From: an uncultured Bacteriovoracaceae bacterium
GTDB taxonomy: Bacteria; Bdellovibrionota; Bacteriovoracia; Bacteriovoracales; Bacteriovoracaceae
Reading direction: 5' to 3'
Assembly (NCBI GenBank): GCA_964012805.1
Contig: CAXGUD010000034.1
Coordinates: 1-40,499 of the forward strand
DNA length: 40,499 nucleotides
Within the stretch, counting starts at the first letter, position 1. The number at the start of each line of letters is the position of its first letter. Below the pieces are notes generated by a model, which was given only the letters and a program-made list of their open reading frames with translations, made no database searches and had not been told where the DNA came from. The position numbers and the translations under genes were made by a program. This document shows positions 7,775 to 16,897 of this stretch, one piece after another.

Positions 7775-9820
7775 ATGCCTAATGAAAAAGAAAACAGTCC
7801 AAAGAATAAATCTCTTGCATTAACTTGCTTTAAGATTTTATTTGGACTTTATTTCCTTTGCACCGTCATTATTACAATCATTCAAATGTATGCTACTTAT
7901 TATAAAGCAGAAGAGAACATAACAAAAGAAATCAGAACTACATACGCTTCAATAAGCGATGCTTTAATTCTTTCGGTTCACAATCTTAACGAGAGCTTAG
8001 TTTTTAAGCTACTTGACGGGCTTGTTAGTACTCCCCAAATTGAAGCTTCTGTTATTCTTGATGAACAAAATGAAGTTTATGCTCTTAAGGGTATAAAAAA
8101 AGAAAAAGATGCTTCTCTATACAAAACAAAAAAGTTCCCAGGTCTGGTTAAAGTTTTAGAACAGAAGCTCTATTATACAGACAAATATAACAGCAGTTTT
8201 AATGAAAAAGTCGGTAATATATTTATTTACCGCTCAGAAGGGAGTATTTTATTAAGAGTTAAAGATGGTTTTTATTACCTCGTCATCGCAGCTTTTCTAA
8301 AAACTATTTGTTTAGGCTTTATTTTCTTCTGGGTTTTCAAAAAGTGGTTAATAAAACCTCTTTCAAATTTAATAAAACATGCGGAATCTATAAATTTAGA
8401 AAATTTAAATAAAATTTCCTTAGGTCTAACACCTTCTGAAAAAAATGAACTTCATATTTTAGAAAACTCCTTAAATTCAATGATTGAAAACATTCAGGAC
8501 TCAAAAGAAGAGATTACTCAAAAAAATGAAGAACTTTCAGAGAGCTATAGGAATCTATTCTCGCTTTCTGAAGAGCTAAAGGCACTCAATAAAAAAATTA
8601 CTGCTAATAATATAAACCTACAAGATGAAGTCGATGAAGCAAATAATGAGCTTCAAATCTCTTTTAACAAAACGGAGGCCATGCTTCATAATGTAAATAA
8701 GGCAATTTTTGTAACAGATTCCAAAGGTATTGTTCAAGCACCAGTTTCCAAACATTGCGAAACTCTTTTTAAAAGGGATATCATTGGAGAAAACGGACTT
8801 AAACTCCTTTTTTTCCACCTCAAAGATCATAGCGAGGAAAAGAAACTAATTATAAATGCCTGGAACCACATTTTTGGGAAGGAAAAATCTCAATTTCTAA
8901 GTGTCGAAAGTCATTTTCCAAGAGTCGTTATCCATCCCGATACAAATAAAAAAAGAGGGAGGCACCTTCGCATTGCCTACGCTCCTCTAATTGATAAGAG
9001 TGAAAAAATAAATAACCTTATGTTTCTTGTGGACGACATAACTGATGAGACACTAGAAAAATTAAAAACAAAAAAAGAAGGTAGATACTACCATATCATT
9101 ATGGAAATTCTACCTGTTTCCAATAAGGAAAAGCTCATTACATCTATTGCTGGCTATTTAACATTATCTGTTTCTTTGCTAGAAGAATTCCTTTCTCCCG
9201 AAAGTGAAAGAAATAAACTGCTTAGAAGTCCAGAATATATCAAAAAAACTTTAATCAAAGGAAAAGATGAAGTTTTTCAACCTCTTTCAGATTTCCAAAG
9301 CCTTTTGAAAAGCATAATTAGAGATTTCGAAAATTTAGACAGTCAGAAAATATTATTCAGTATTAAGGCCATAACTCAAATTATTGAATTACTTAATACT
9401 TACTTAGAAGTGTTCGATATCTTAAATAAAAATAAAATCGGACCAGAAGTAAATTTTGCAATTCCTAAACGGTTTGAGAATTCTGTAGAAGAAAAAATTC
9501 AAGACCTTCATAGATTGATGACGAATATTCTTGAATACGTCTTTTTGGTTAGAAATATAGAAGACCTTGATAAAGAAAAAATTGAAAATGCTCCAAAAAA
9601 AGCAAAGCTTTATGGTGAGTTTGACAAAATTATCGAACTCCTTATGAAAAGATCGCAACTCATCTCTTATATTTTAAAAGTTGTTGGTAAAACAGAAAAG
9701 TCCCAAGCCTTTTACAACCTGTCAGAACTTTTAAAACAAATGCCAAGTAAAGATAAACTCACTGAGGCAGCATTGGTTAACCACCTGGTCACCCCCTACG
9801 CCGACATTCGAAAGGCTTGA
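7775..9820 (+). CDS. membrane sensor: 2 TM + periplasmic domain + HAMP + coiled coil + PAS-like + helical C-terminus, with no kinase domain
   Basis: TM1 near aa 15-40, TM2 near aa 165-190, HAMP (LIKPLSNL...NELHILENSLNSM), PAS-like (AIFVTDSKG...FLVDDITD); no N/G boxes seen. Confidence 0.75.
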   Translation: MPNEKENSPKNKSLALTCFKILFGLYFLCTVIITIIQMYATYYKAEENITKEIRTTYASISDALILSVHNLNESLVFKLLDGLVSTPQIEASVILDEQNEVYALKGIKKEKDASLYKTKKFPGLVKVLEQKLYYTDKYNSSFNEKVGNIFIYRSEGSILLRVKDGFYYLVIAAFLKTICLGFIFFWVFKKWLIKPLSNLIKHAESINLENLNKISLGLTPSEKNELHILENSLNSMIENIQDSKEEITQKNEELSESYRNLFSLSEELKALNKKITANNINLQDEVDEANNELQISFNKTEAMLHNVNKAIFVTDSKGIVQAPVSKHCETLFKRDIIGENGLKLLFFHLKDHSEEKKLIINAWNHIFGKEKSQFLSVESHFPRVVIHPDTNKKRGRHLRIAYAPLIDKSEKINNLMFLVDDITDETLEKLKTKKEGRYYHIIMEILPVSNKEKLITSIAGYLTLSVSLLEEFLSPESERNKLLRSPEYIKKTLIKGKDEVFQPLSDFQSLLKSIIRDFENLDSQKILFSIKAITQIIELLNTYLEVFDILNKNKIGPEVNFAIPKRFENSVEEKIQDLHRLMTNILEYVFLVRNIEDLDKEKIENAPKKAKLYGEFDKIIELLMKRSQLISYILKVVGKTEKSQAFYNLSELLKQMPSKDKLTEAALVNHLVTPYADIRKA

Positions 9821-9841
9821 CTCTCCCTCTGCCTTAAAAAT

Positions 9842-10453
9842 TCATAAAACCTTGAACAAAACCTGAAGCGTCGGAAACAATTCCCTTCCAAAGAGAAAAA
9901 CAAAAGCACAAAACCTCATCAGGAATAAAAGAATGGCACGTCGAAACCAGGCCGCTATACCAGCTTCCTCCTCCTCAGCTTTCTTTTTTAAGTAATAACC
10001 CAAAAGAACAGTGAAGAGAAAAAAGATTCCGTAGAGGACAAAATATCCTCTTTTTTTGACCAACCCAAATAATTGAGGAAGGGCCGTCTCATGCCTAAAT
10101 TCTTCCTTTAAAAATCTATAGAGAAAAGGAAAGCGGTCAAAGATTGATCTGAAAGGAGTCCTTTGAATAGACTCCTTTAACTTAGGAATGACCTCTTTTT
10201 CATCAAGACCTCTAAAGTAATCCCTAACTTTAAGCGCCTTTTTAATCAGGTCTTCCTGTTTAGGTCTTCCCTTTCCATCAACTTTTCCAGATTTATTTGT
10301 TTCATGCTTTATCCCTGAATAGAAGACTTTGAGTTCTTCTAAAAGACTTCTCGACTTGCTTTCTGAGTTTTGAGAGAAAAGAGAACTTGGCGTTAAAAAC
10401 ACGAGGGAAATAAGGCCTAAAGTGAAGGCTGTTCTAGATAAAAAGGTCCTCAT
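9842..10453 (-). CDS. hypothetical membrane protein
   Basis: 203-aa ORF with an N-terminal signal peptide and two C-terminal hydrophobic segments. Confidence 0.7.
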   Translation of the reverse strand: MRTFLSRTAFTLGLISLVFLTPSSLFSQNSESKSRSLLEELKVFYSGIKHETNKSGKVDGKGRPKQEDLIKKALKVRDYFRGLDEKEVIPKLKESIQRTPFRSIFDRFPFLYRFLKEEFRHETALPQLFGLVKKRGYFVLYGIFFLFTVLLGYYLKKKAEEEEAGIAAWFRRAILLFLMRFCAFVFLFGRELFPTLQVLFKVL

Positions 10454-10489
10454 CCTTAAGCCCTTTTTTGTTTTAAATTGATAAATAGA

Positions 10490-10512
10490 GGGATCGTTTT
10501 TTAAAAGATCCC
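10490..10512. terminator. hairpin after secF
   Basis: GGGATC-N11-GATCCC immediately after the secF stop. Confidence 0.35.
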
Positions 10513-10513
10513 C

Positions 10514-11440
10514 TTAAGCTCTTGCCCCTACGGGAAGTTCATCCTTTTTTTTTAATGTATCAAAAAGGAGCGTCACAGGTGCAGCAACAAAAATAGAACT
10601 GTAAGTACCAATAATAACCCCAAGAGAAATTGCAAAGAAGAAATCTCTAATGGCCAATCCACCGTAAAAGTACATACTGAGAGCAACGAAAAGAGTTGTT
10701 CCAGACGTTAGAATCGTTCGAGAAAGAGTCTCGTTGGCGGCTTTATTAATGAAGCCATCCAAGGTCCCCATACCTGCTTCTTTTTCCTCATGTTCACGAA
10801 CCCTATCATAGATAACAACGGTATCGTTCACTGAATAACCAATAACTGCAAGAAGGGCAGCTACCGTTTGAAGGGTAAACTCTGTTCCTGTAAAAGCAAA
10901 AACCCCAAGAATAATCGAAACATCATGAAAAAGAGCGACGATCGCACCTGGAGAATATTTAAAATCAAATCTCAAGCCAATATAAATCATAATAGCGATA
11001 AGGGCCCAACCCATCGCCTGGAAACCTGCAATTCTAAGGCTTGCTCCAGCTTTAGGACCAACGATATCAACTTTTCTGATCTCTGGGGCCTTAGCTGCTA
11101 AACCTGTTTTAAGGGTTTTTCCTAAAGCATCAGTCACTTTATTAAGGTTTTCTTCGGCTCCCGGAACCTTAACGAGGAACTCGTTATCCTTGACCTCACC
11201 AATCGTTTGAACACTGACGTTTTTAAAGCCACCCTTTTTTAAAACGCCCCTTAAGTCTTGAAGTTTAAGGGCCTCCTTAAACTTCACCTGCACTTCAGCA
11301 CCACCACGAAAATCGACGCCATAATTCATTTTTGTAAAAAGACCGAAAAGGGATATAATAACAAGCCCAATAGAAAAGACGCTTGTAAACTTAAATTTTC
11401 CAACAAAATCGAAATTGGCATTTTTGATTACTTCAATCAT
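10514..11440 (-). CDS. secF: protein translocase subunit SecF
   Basis: GVDFRGG, VGP, ALFHDV, GYSVNDTVVIYDRVRE, TLSRT, GTYSSIFVAAP; GAGG RBS before ATG 11440. Confidence 0.97.
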   Translation of the reverse strand: MIEVIKNANFDFVGKFKFTSVFSIGLVIISLFGLFTKMNYGVDFRGGAEVQVKFKEALKLQDLRGVLKKGGFKNVSVQTIGEVKDNEFLVKVPGAEENLNKVTDALGKTLKTGLAAKAPEIRKVDIVGPKAGASLRIAGFQAMGWALIAIMIYIGLRFDFKYSPGAIVALFHDVSIILGVFAFTGTEFTLQTVAALLAVIGYSVNDTVVIYDRVREHEEKEAGMGTLDGFINKAANETLSRTILTSGTTLFVALSMYFYGGLAIRDFFFAISLGVIIGTYSSIFVAAPVTLLFDTLKKKDELPVGARA

Positions 11441-11500
11441 TTTTTTTTCCTCATCCAAAATCTAATTTTTAAAAATAATACTCTACTTTTTGGCCACCAT

Positions 11501-13210
11501 CTAAATACTGAGGTCTTGCCCTTCTACTTTGTTCATATAAAATTCAAAAAGAAGTTTTCCAACAAAGTAAGACGTATAAACAGTTGCAAAAATTCCAATC
11601 AATAAGGTAACCGCAAACCCTTTAATGGGACCCGTTCCAAAGCTGAGAAGACAAAAACCGGCAAGAGCCGTCGTAATGTTAGCGTCGATAATAGTCCAAA
11701 AGGCATGACCAAAACCATTGTCTACGGCTTTGTAGTTTCCGACACCTTTTCTTTTTTCTTCTCTAATCCTCTCGTAAATAATAATACTCGCATCAACCGC
11801 CATACCAATCGTTAGGGCAATCCCAGCAATACCTGGAAGAGTCAACGTGGCTTCAAAACCAACGAGGCAAGCCAAAACAAAAAGAATGTTAAGACCAAGG
11901 CAGATAATCGCAATCATCCCCGAAGCCCTGTAGTAATAAAGAATAAAAAAGAAAACGAGAGCACAACCAACGAGACCGGCAAAACGCGCTGAGACAATAG
12001 AATCTTCACCAAGACTTGGCCCAACAGTTCTTTGTTCTAAGAAGTCAAGCTGAACAGGAAGAGCACCGGCCCTAAGAACAAGAGCGAGGTCCCTAGCTTC
12101 TTTTAAGAGAGCATTGTAACCACCAGTTCCCAAAGTAACCTGAGCACGCCCACCTCCAATTCTCGCCTGGATAACAGGTGCACTATAAACATTACCATCA
12201 AGGATAATGGCCATCCTCTTTCCAATATTCTCACCAGTCGTTTCTTCAAAGACTTTGGCACCAGTTGATTTAAAATCTAGTGAAACGTAGGGCTTGTTTT
12301 CTCTTTGATCGATACTAACTCTTGCATCTTGAAGAGCATCCCCTGTCAAACGAGGATTTGACTCAACAAGATAAGGAATCTTTGATTCAAGCTCATTTTT
12401 GAATTTATTAACTTTCTTCTCAAAGGCAAGTTCATAACCTTCAGGAAGGTCTTTTATAAGGAATCTATTGAGCTTATCAACAAAGGCACTGAACCTCTCA
12501 CCTTTTTTGAAGACGATTCCGGCTTCTTCACCTTTGACAACCCAATCATTCATTGTGGCCGGTGGAATTTCGTCATTCACAATCTTGAATTCAAGTTTAG
12601 CTGTTTTACCAATAAGCTCTTTGGCCCTTTTAATATCTTTAACCCCAGGAAGCTGAACAATAATTCTGTCCTTTCCCTGAGAAAGAATCTCTGGTTCCGT
12701 AACACCAAATTCATCAATTCTATTTCGGATAACCTCAATCGATTTCGTTACAGACTGCTCCTCAAGAGTTGTCTTTTGGACTTGAGCAAGACCGTACTGT
12801 AAAAGAGTACCCTCTTCTTTTGTTAAACGAATATAAGATGGTGGGAAATTGTCCCTAATGATCTTTTTGACCTTTTCAACATCAGCTTGGTCAGCGATGA
12901 CAATACTCTGCTTGGGGTCCTCTACAGCAGAGTCATCCAAGCCCCCAATGGTCATTTTAATCTCTTCGTCTTTAAGGACATACTCAAATTTACGAGCATA
13001 ACCTTTAATCTCGTCTCGGTAGACTTTGTTAAAGTCAATTCCAAGAATCATGTAGAGACCACCTTGGAGGTCAAGACCAAGACTCACCTTTGATTTAACA
13101 GGAAAGTTAGCTTCTTCATTGAAGTTGAAGACCGTAGGAATCACGGCAACAATAGAAATAACAGACAAAACCAGCAAGAAGGTAAATCGGTACCACCAAC
13201 TTCTCTTCAT
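11501..13210 (-). CDS. secD: protein translocase subunit SecD
   Basis: LGLDLQGG, IRNRIDEFGVTEP, LRAGALP, VGPSLG, TLTLPGIAG, GMAVD, GPIKGFA; GAGGAG RBS before ATG 13210. Confidence 0.97.
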   Translation of the reverse strand: MKRSWWYRFTFLLVLSVISIVAVIPTVFNFNEEANFPVKSKVSLGLDLQGGLYMILGIDFNKVYRDEIKGYARKFEYVLKDEEIKMTIGGLDDSAVEDPKQSIVIADQADVEKVKKIIRDNFPPSYIRLTKEEGTLLQYGLAQVQKTTLEEQSVTKSIEVIRNRIDEFGVTEPEILSQGKDRIIVQLPGVKDIKRAKELIGKTAKLEFKIVNDEIPPATMNDWVVKGEEAGIVFKKGERFSAFVDKLNRFLIKDLPEGYELAFEKKVNKFKNELESKIPYLVESNPRLTGDALQDARVSIDQRENKPYVSLDFKSTGAKVFEETTGENIGKRMAIILDGNVYSAPVIQARIGGGRAQVTLGTGGYNALLKEARDLALVLRAGALPVQLDFLEQRTVGPSLGEDSIVSARFAGLVGCALVFFFILYYYRASGMIAIICLGLNILFVLACLVGFEATLTLPGIAGIALTIGMAVDASIIIYERIREEKRKGVGNYKAVDNGFGHAFWTIIDANITTALAGFCLLSFGTGPIKGFAVTLLIGIFATVYTSYFVGKLLFEFYMNKVEGQDLSI

Positions 13211-13304
13211 GAAACACTCCTCAATTAATGAATAAAAGCTGGCCACCAAACAGATGGGACCCAGCACATATGCTAATATAGAAGATTTCTAGACACTTAG
13301 GCAA

Positions 13305-13532
13305 CTAATCCTTATGAGGCTTTTGGCACTCCTCTTTTGAGGAAGAAGGAGAATTCTCCGAAACCTTCGGTCTATCCTCAACGACTTCACTAACTATATC
13401 ATCTTTGGCCTTTTGAAATTCTCTTATCCCCTTCCCTAGGCCTTTTGCCAATTCGGGAAGTTTCTTAGGGCCAATAAAAATCAAAGCTATAAAAGCAACA
13501 AGAAGAAGTTCTCCACCACCAAGTCCAAACAT
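13305..13532 (-). CDS. tatA: twin-arginine translocase TatA/TatB family subunit
   Basis: MFGLGGGELLLV...FIGPKKLPELAKGLGKGIREF; TatA versus TatB not resolvable by eye. Confidence 0.88.
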   Translation of the reverse strand: MFGLGGGELLLVAFIALIFIGPKKLPELAKGLGKGIREFQKAKDDIVSEVVEDRPKVSENSPSSSKEECQKPHKD

Positions 13533-13575
13533 ATACCTAAGCTCCTAGAACAAAAACACTGCTAAGCAATTACCT

Positions 13576-13911
13576 TTAGTCCTTTTTGGCCGGAGTCTCA
13601 AAGATTTTTGCTGATAGGCCACCAATTTGGCTTCTCAAAACTTTAAGCTTCGATCCTTCATCAATATCAAGAGTCACAACTTTATCTGTAATGCCGATAA
13701 TTTTTCCTAGGACGCCAGACTTTGTATAGATATCATCACCCTTTTTAAGGTTAGCAAGAAGTTTTTGCTCTTCTTCCATTTTCTTTTTCTGAGGACGAAT
13801 CATGAGAAAATAAAAAATGAAGAAAATTATAATAAAAGGTGCAAATTGAACAATTGGGTTAGGCTGAGCACCACTGGCCTGAGCATAAGCAGAAGACATG
13901 AAGAAATCCAT
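13576..13911 (-). CDS. yajC: preprotein translocase subunit YajC
   Basis: FYFLMIRPQKKK...LKKGDDIYTKSGVLGKI. Confidence 0.96.
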   Translation of the reverse strand: MDFFMSSAYAQASGAQPNPIVQFAPFIIIFFIFYFLMIRPQKKKMEEEQKLLANLKKGDDIYTKSGVLGKIIGITDKVVTLDIDEGSKLKVLRSQIGGLSAKIFETPAKKD

Positions 13912-13973
13912 CAGTTGATCCTTTCTTTTTACAGTTAACTGTTAAAGTTCCAAGAATGAACGACTAAATGCTT

Positions 13974-15089
13974 TTAGTCAAAATATTCGTTGGACGCGTA
14001 CTTGTTATAGAAGTTGGAGTAAAATTCGTCAAATCGATCTTCTAAAATTGCTGCCCTGGCCTTTTTTACCATGGAAAGATAAAAGTGGAGGTTATGATAA
14101 GTAATTAGTTGCCCCGCAAGATACTCACCCACATTGAAGAGATGACGCAAGTAGCTTCGTGAGTAACGCTTACACACTTTGCAAGAGCATTCTGGGTCAG
14201 GGGGAAGCGGATCTTCTTTAAATCTTTCCTTTTTTATATTGAGGGGGCCTCGGGCCGTTAGAAATTGGCCATTTCTTGCGTTTCGCGTTGGAAGAACGCA
14301 GTCAAACATATCAAGACCATTTTTAATACCTGTTAGTACATCGAGAGGCTTACCAACTCCCATAAGGTAACGGGGCTTGTGCTCTGGCATAGTGCACACA
14401 AAAGAATCGCAAAAGTCGACCATTTCCTGATTTTTTTCACCGACGGAAAGTCCCCCTATTGCTAGTCCTGGAAAGTCCATTTCCTCAAGCCTTTCCATAC
14501 ATTCAGTTCGAAGGTCAAGCTCCAACCCCCCCTGAATAATTCCAAATAGGCTTTGATGTTCTTTCAAAGGATAATCTTTACATCTTTTGGCCCAACGAAG
14601 AGTCAGTTCAAGGCTTTCTCTAAGACGTTCTCTAGAAGCTGGGAGAGCAGGGCATTCATCAAAAACCATGACAATGTCGCTTCCCAATGCTTTTTGGATT
14701 TCCATCGACTTTTCAGGGCCAATAAAATGAGATGAGCCATCAATATGACTTTTAAAAGTAACTCCATCTTCAGTTACTTTATTGAGACCACTTAAAGAAA
14801 AGACCTGAAATCCTCCAGAGTCCGTAAGAATGGGCTTTTTCCAAGACATAAACTCATGGAGACCACCACTTACTCTTTCAATTAATTCATGACCTGGTTT
14901 TAAATAAAGATGGTAGGTATTTCCCAGGATAATCTGGGCGCCCATTTCTTCAAGGTCTTCCTGTGTCGTTGCCTTCACAGTTCCCCTCGTTCCTACTGGC
15001 ATAAAAATGGGTGTTTCAATTTCACCGTGGGCGGTTTTAATTACTCCGGCCCTGGCCTTTCCAGACTGTGCTGTTTTTTGAAAAAACAT
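13974..15089 (-). CDS. tgt: tRNA-guanine transglycosylase
   Basis: TPIFMPVGT, LGNTYHL, DSGGFQ, GIIQGG, GGLSVGE, DMFDCVLPTRNARNG, Zn site CxCxxC...H. Confidence 0.98.
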   Translation of the reverse strand: MFFQKTAQSGKARAGVIKTAHGEIETPIFMPVGTRGTVKATTQEDLEEMGAQIILGNTYHLYLKPGHELIERVSGGLHEFMSWKKPILTDSGGFQVFSLSGLNKVTEDGVTFKSHIDGSSHFIGPEKSMEIQKALGSDIVMVFDECPALPASRERLRESLELTLRWAKRCKDYPLKEHQSLFGIIQGGLELDLRTECMERLEEMDFPGLAIGGLSVGEKNQEMVDFCDSFVCTMPEHKPRYLMGVGKPLDVLTGIKNGLDMFDCVLPTRNARNGQFLTARGPLNIKKERFKEDPLPPDPECSCKVCKRYSRSYLRHLFNVGEYLAGQLITYHNLHFYLSMVKKARAAILEDRFDEFYSNFYNKYASNEYFD

Positions 15090-15136
15090 AACCAATTATT
15101 TCCTTTTTTTAAGGCATTCTGCCCTTCACTTAGCGG

Positions 15137-16264
15137 TCAATTCCGAAGAATAAGCATTGCATCTCCATAGGAAAAGAAGCGGTAGCCTAACCGAACAGCT
15201 TCCCGATAGAGCTCTAAAGTTTTCTCACGTCCTATTAATGAACTGACAAGCATCAAAAGAGTTGATTCAGGTAAATGGAAGTTAGTGATAAGACCTTCTA
15301 TGGATTGAACTCTAACACCAGGATGGAGGAAAATATCTGTAGAGTACACCCGCTCGGGCTCAACTACCAAAGAACCCTTTTCATCAATGGCAGACTCCAA
15401 AGCTCTTAGTGACGTCGTCCCAACACAGAATATTTTTTTTCCCTTTTCCTGGGCCTTTACAATCTTCTCTCTATTTTTTTCATCAAAAAAGTAAGTCTCC
15501 GTATGCATTTTATGGTTTTTTAGGTGCTCTTCTTTAACTGGTGCGAAAGTCCCTCTTCCGACATGAAGTGTCACAAAGGCCCTTTCAATAGAACGATCAT
15601 CCAGCTTTTTGAAAAGCTCATCAGTGAAATGAAGCCCAGCAGTCGGGGCTGCCACTGAGCCCGAGTTTTTGGCAAAGACTGTCTGGTAATCCTCGTGATC
15701 TTTAGAATCAGACTCTCCTTTTCTTATATAAGGAGGAATGGGAATTTTTCCAAATTTTTCCAAAACCTCTTCAAGGGGCACAGAGAGGGTTACCCAAAAA
15801 TCACCTTCCTCAGTTGCTTCAAGGAGGCGGACTTCAATGGCTTCCTCCTCGTTCCCAACCAAAAAAAGGTCTCCCTTTCTTTTCTTTCCAGAACACTTAA
15901 TCAGGCAAGGGTAAGACCCATCAGACCGAGCTTCTAGGGATAGAAAAAATAACTCTGCCTTACCACCGCTCTCCTTTTTACCAAACAGCCTGCAGGCAAA
16001 AACCTTCGTTTGATTAAGGAGCAAGAGAGACTCTTTTGGTAAATACTGGGGGAGGTCTTTAAAAGTTGTGTGGGTAATTGATTGATCACTCATTTTATAG
16101 ACAAGAAGCCTTGATTCATCCCTTTTGGACGCTGGTCTATCAGCAATAAGCTCAGGTGGGAGTCCATAGTTATAAGAACTTAAAAGAAGATCAATATCTT
16201 CAGACTCACCAAGCCCCGAATCACAGACAAAAGTGCCTTTCAGCTTTTCCCTTGAATTTTCCAC
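15137..16264 (-). CDS. queA: S-adenosylmethionine:tRNA ribosyltransferase-isomerase
   Basis: LPPELIA, PIPPYI, YQTVFA, GSVAAPTAGLHFT, TLHVG, VGTTSLRALES, LITNFHLPEST, YRFFSYGDAM; exact start uncertain. Confidence 0.97.
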   Translation of the reverse strand: MENSREKLKGTFVCDSGLGESEDIDLLLSSYNYGLPPELIADRPASKRDESRLLVYKMSDQSITHTTFKDLPQYLPKESLLLLNQTKVFACRLFGKKESGGKAELFFLSLEARSDGSYPCLIKCSGKKRKGDLFLVGNEEEAIEVRLLEATEEGDFWVTLSVPLEEVLEKFGKIPIPPYIRKGESDSKDHEDYQTVFAKNSGSVAAPTAGLHFTDELFKKLDDRSIERAFVTLHVGRGTFAPVKEEHLKNHKMHTETYFFDEKNREKIVKAQEKGKKIFCVGTTSLRALESAIDEKGSLVVEPERVYSTDIFLHPGVRVQSIEGLITNFHLPESTLLMLVSSLIGREKTLELYREAVRLGYRFFSYGDAMLILRN

Positions 16265-16285
16265 TTTTTATGCCACCCTAATTTT

Positions 16286-16585
16286 ATGAACAAGATATTT
16301 TTTAAGGCAAAGCCACTCATCTTTTTAATTCATATTTTTGTTTTTCTTCTTCTTCTAGGCGCCAAAAACCATCTCAGTTTTAGTCCAGATATGGCAGGCG
16401 AAAGGCTCCGAGCGGAGCTTAAATTTCTAGAAGAAGAAAACGTGATTATACATAATCCACCGCCTATAGCTAAGGCCCAGAATATTGCACTTATTGAACA
16501 AGAAATTCAAGATGAATCTTCCACTCCGCACAAAAAAAAGAAAAAAGGCGGGTCGAGAGAGCAGATTTGGCTCAGGGCAAGATAA
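16286..16585 (+). CDS. small hypothetical membrane/exported protein
   Basis: 99-aa ORF with an N-terminal hydrophobic helix, filling the gap between queA and the parA pair. Confidence 0.5.
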   Translation: MNKIFFKAKPLIFLIHIFVFLLLLGAKNHLSFSPDMAGERLRAELKFLEEENVIIHNPPPIAKAQNIALIEQEIQDESSTPHKKKKKGGSREQIWLRAR

Positions 16586-16603
16586 TTTTATTTTCCAAAG
16601 GTC

Positions 16604-16897
16604 TTATGGTTTGGAAAAAAATGGACCAAAAAGAGGTTTAATAAATTCTTCACCCTTATTTAGAGTGCTTTGAAGAAGTTCAATAACTTGCTCAAGCCAC
16701 GTATTCATGAACTCGAGGGCCCCATAATTATTTACTTGAGATAAAAGAAATTGAATCATCTCCTCAAAATAAGTCATATAAACATTCAAGCCTAGCTTGT
16801 TTAATACATAACTCCACCAACTATCCACTTCCTCAATATCTTGTCCCGCATTAGTTACAACAAAAAGAGGGTTCTTTTTTTTAGCTTTTTCCGTCAT
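16604..16897 (-). CDS. hypothetical protein translationally coupled to parA
   Basis: ATG at 16897 overlaps the parA stop (ATGA) with upstream GGAAGGAAAG; 97 aa, amphipathic helices. Confidence 0.7.
   Translation of the reverse strand: MTEKAKKKNPLFVVTNAGQDIEEVDSWWSYVLNKLGLNVYMTYFEEMIQFLLSQVNNYGALEFMNTWLEQVIELLQSTLNKGEEFIKPLFGPFFSKP

Noticed and set aside
16265..16600. preQ1 riboswitch upstream of queA-tgt
   Set aside because: No convincing preQ1 aptamer motif found by eye; the upstream region is occupied by a divergent ORF
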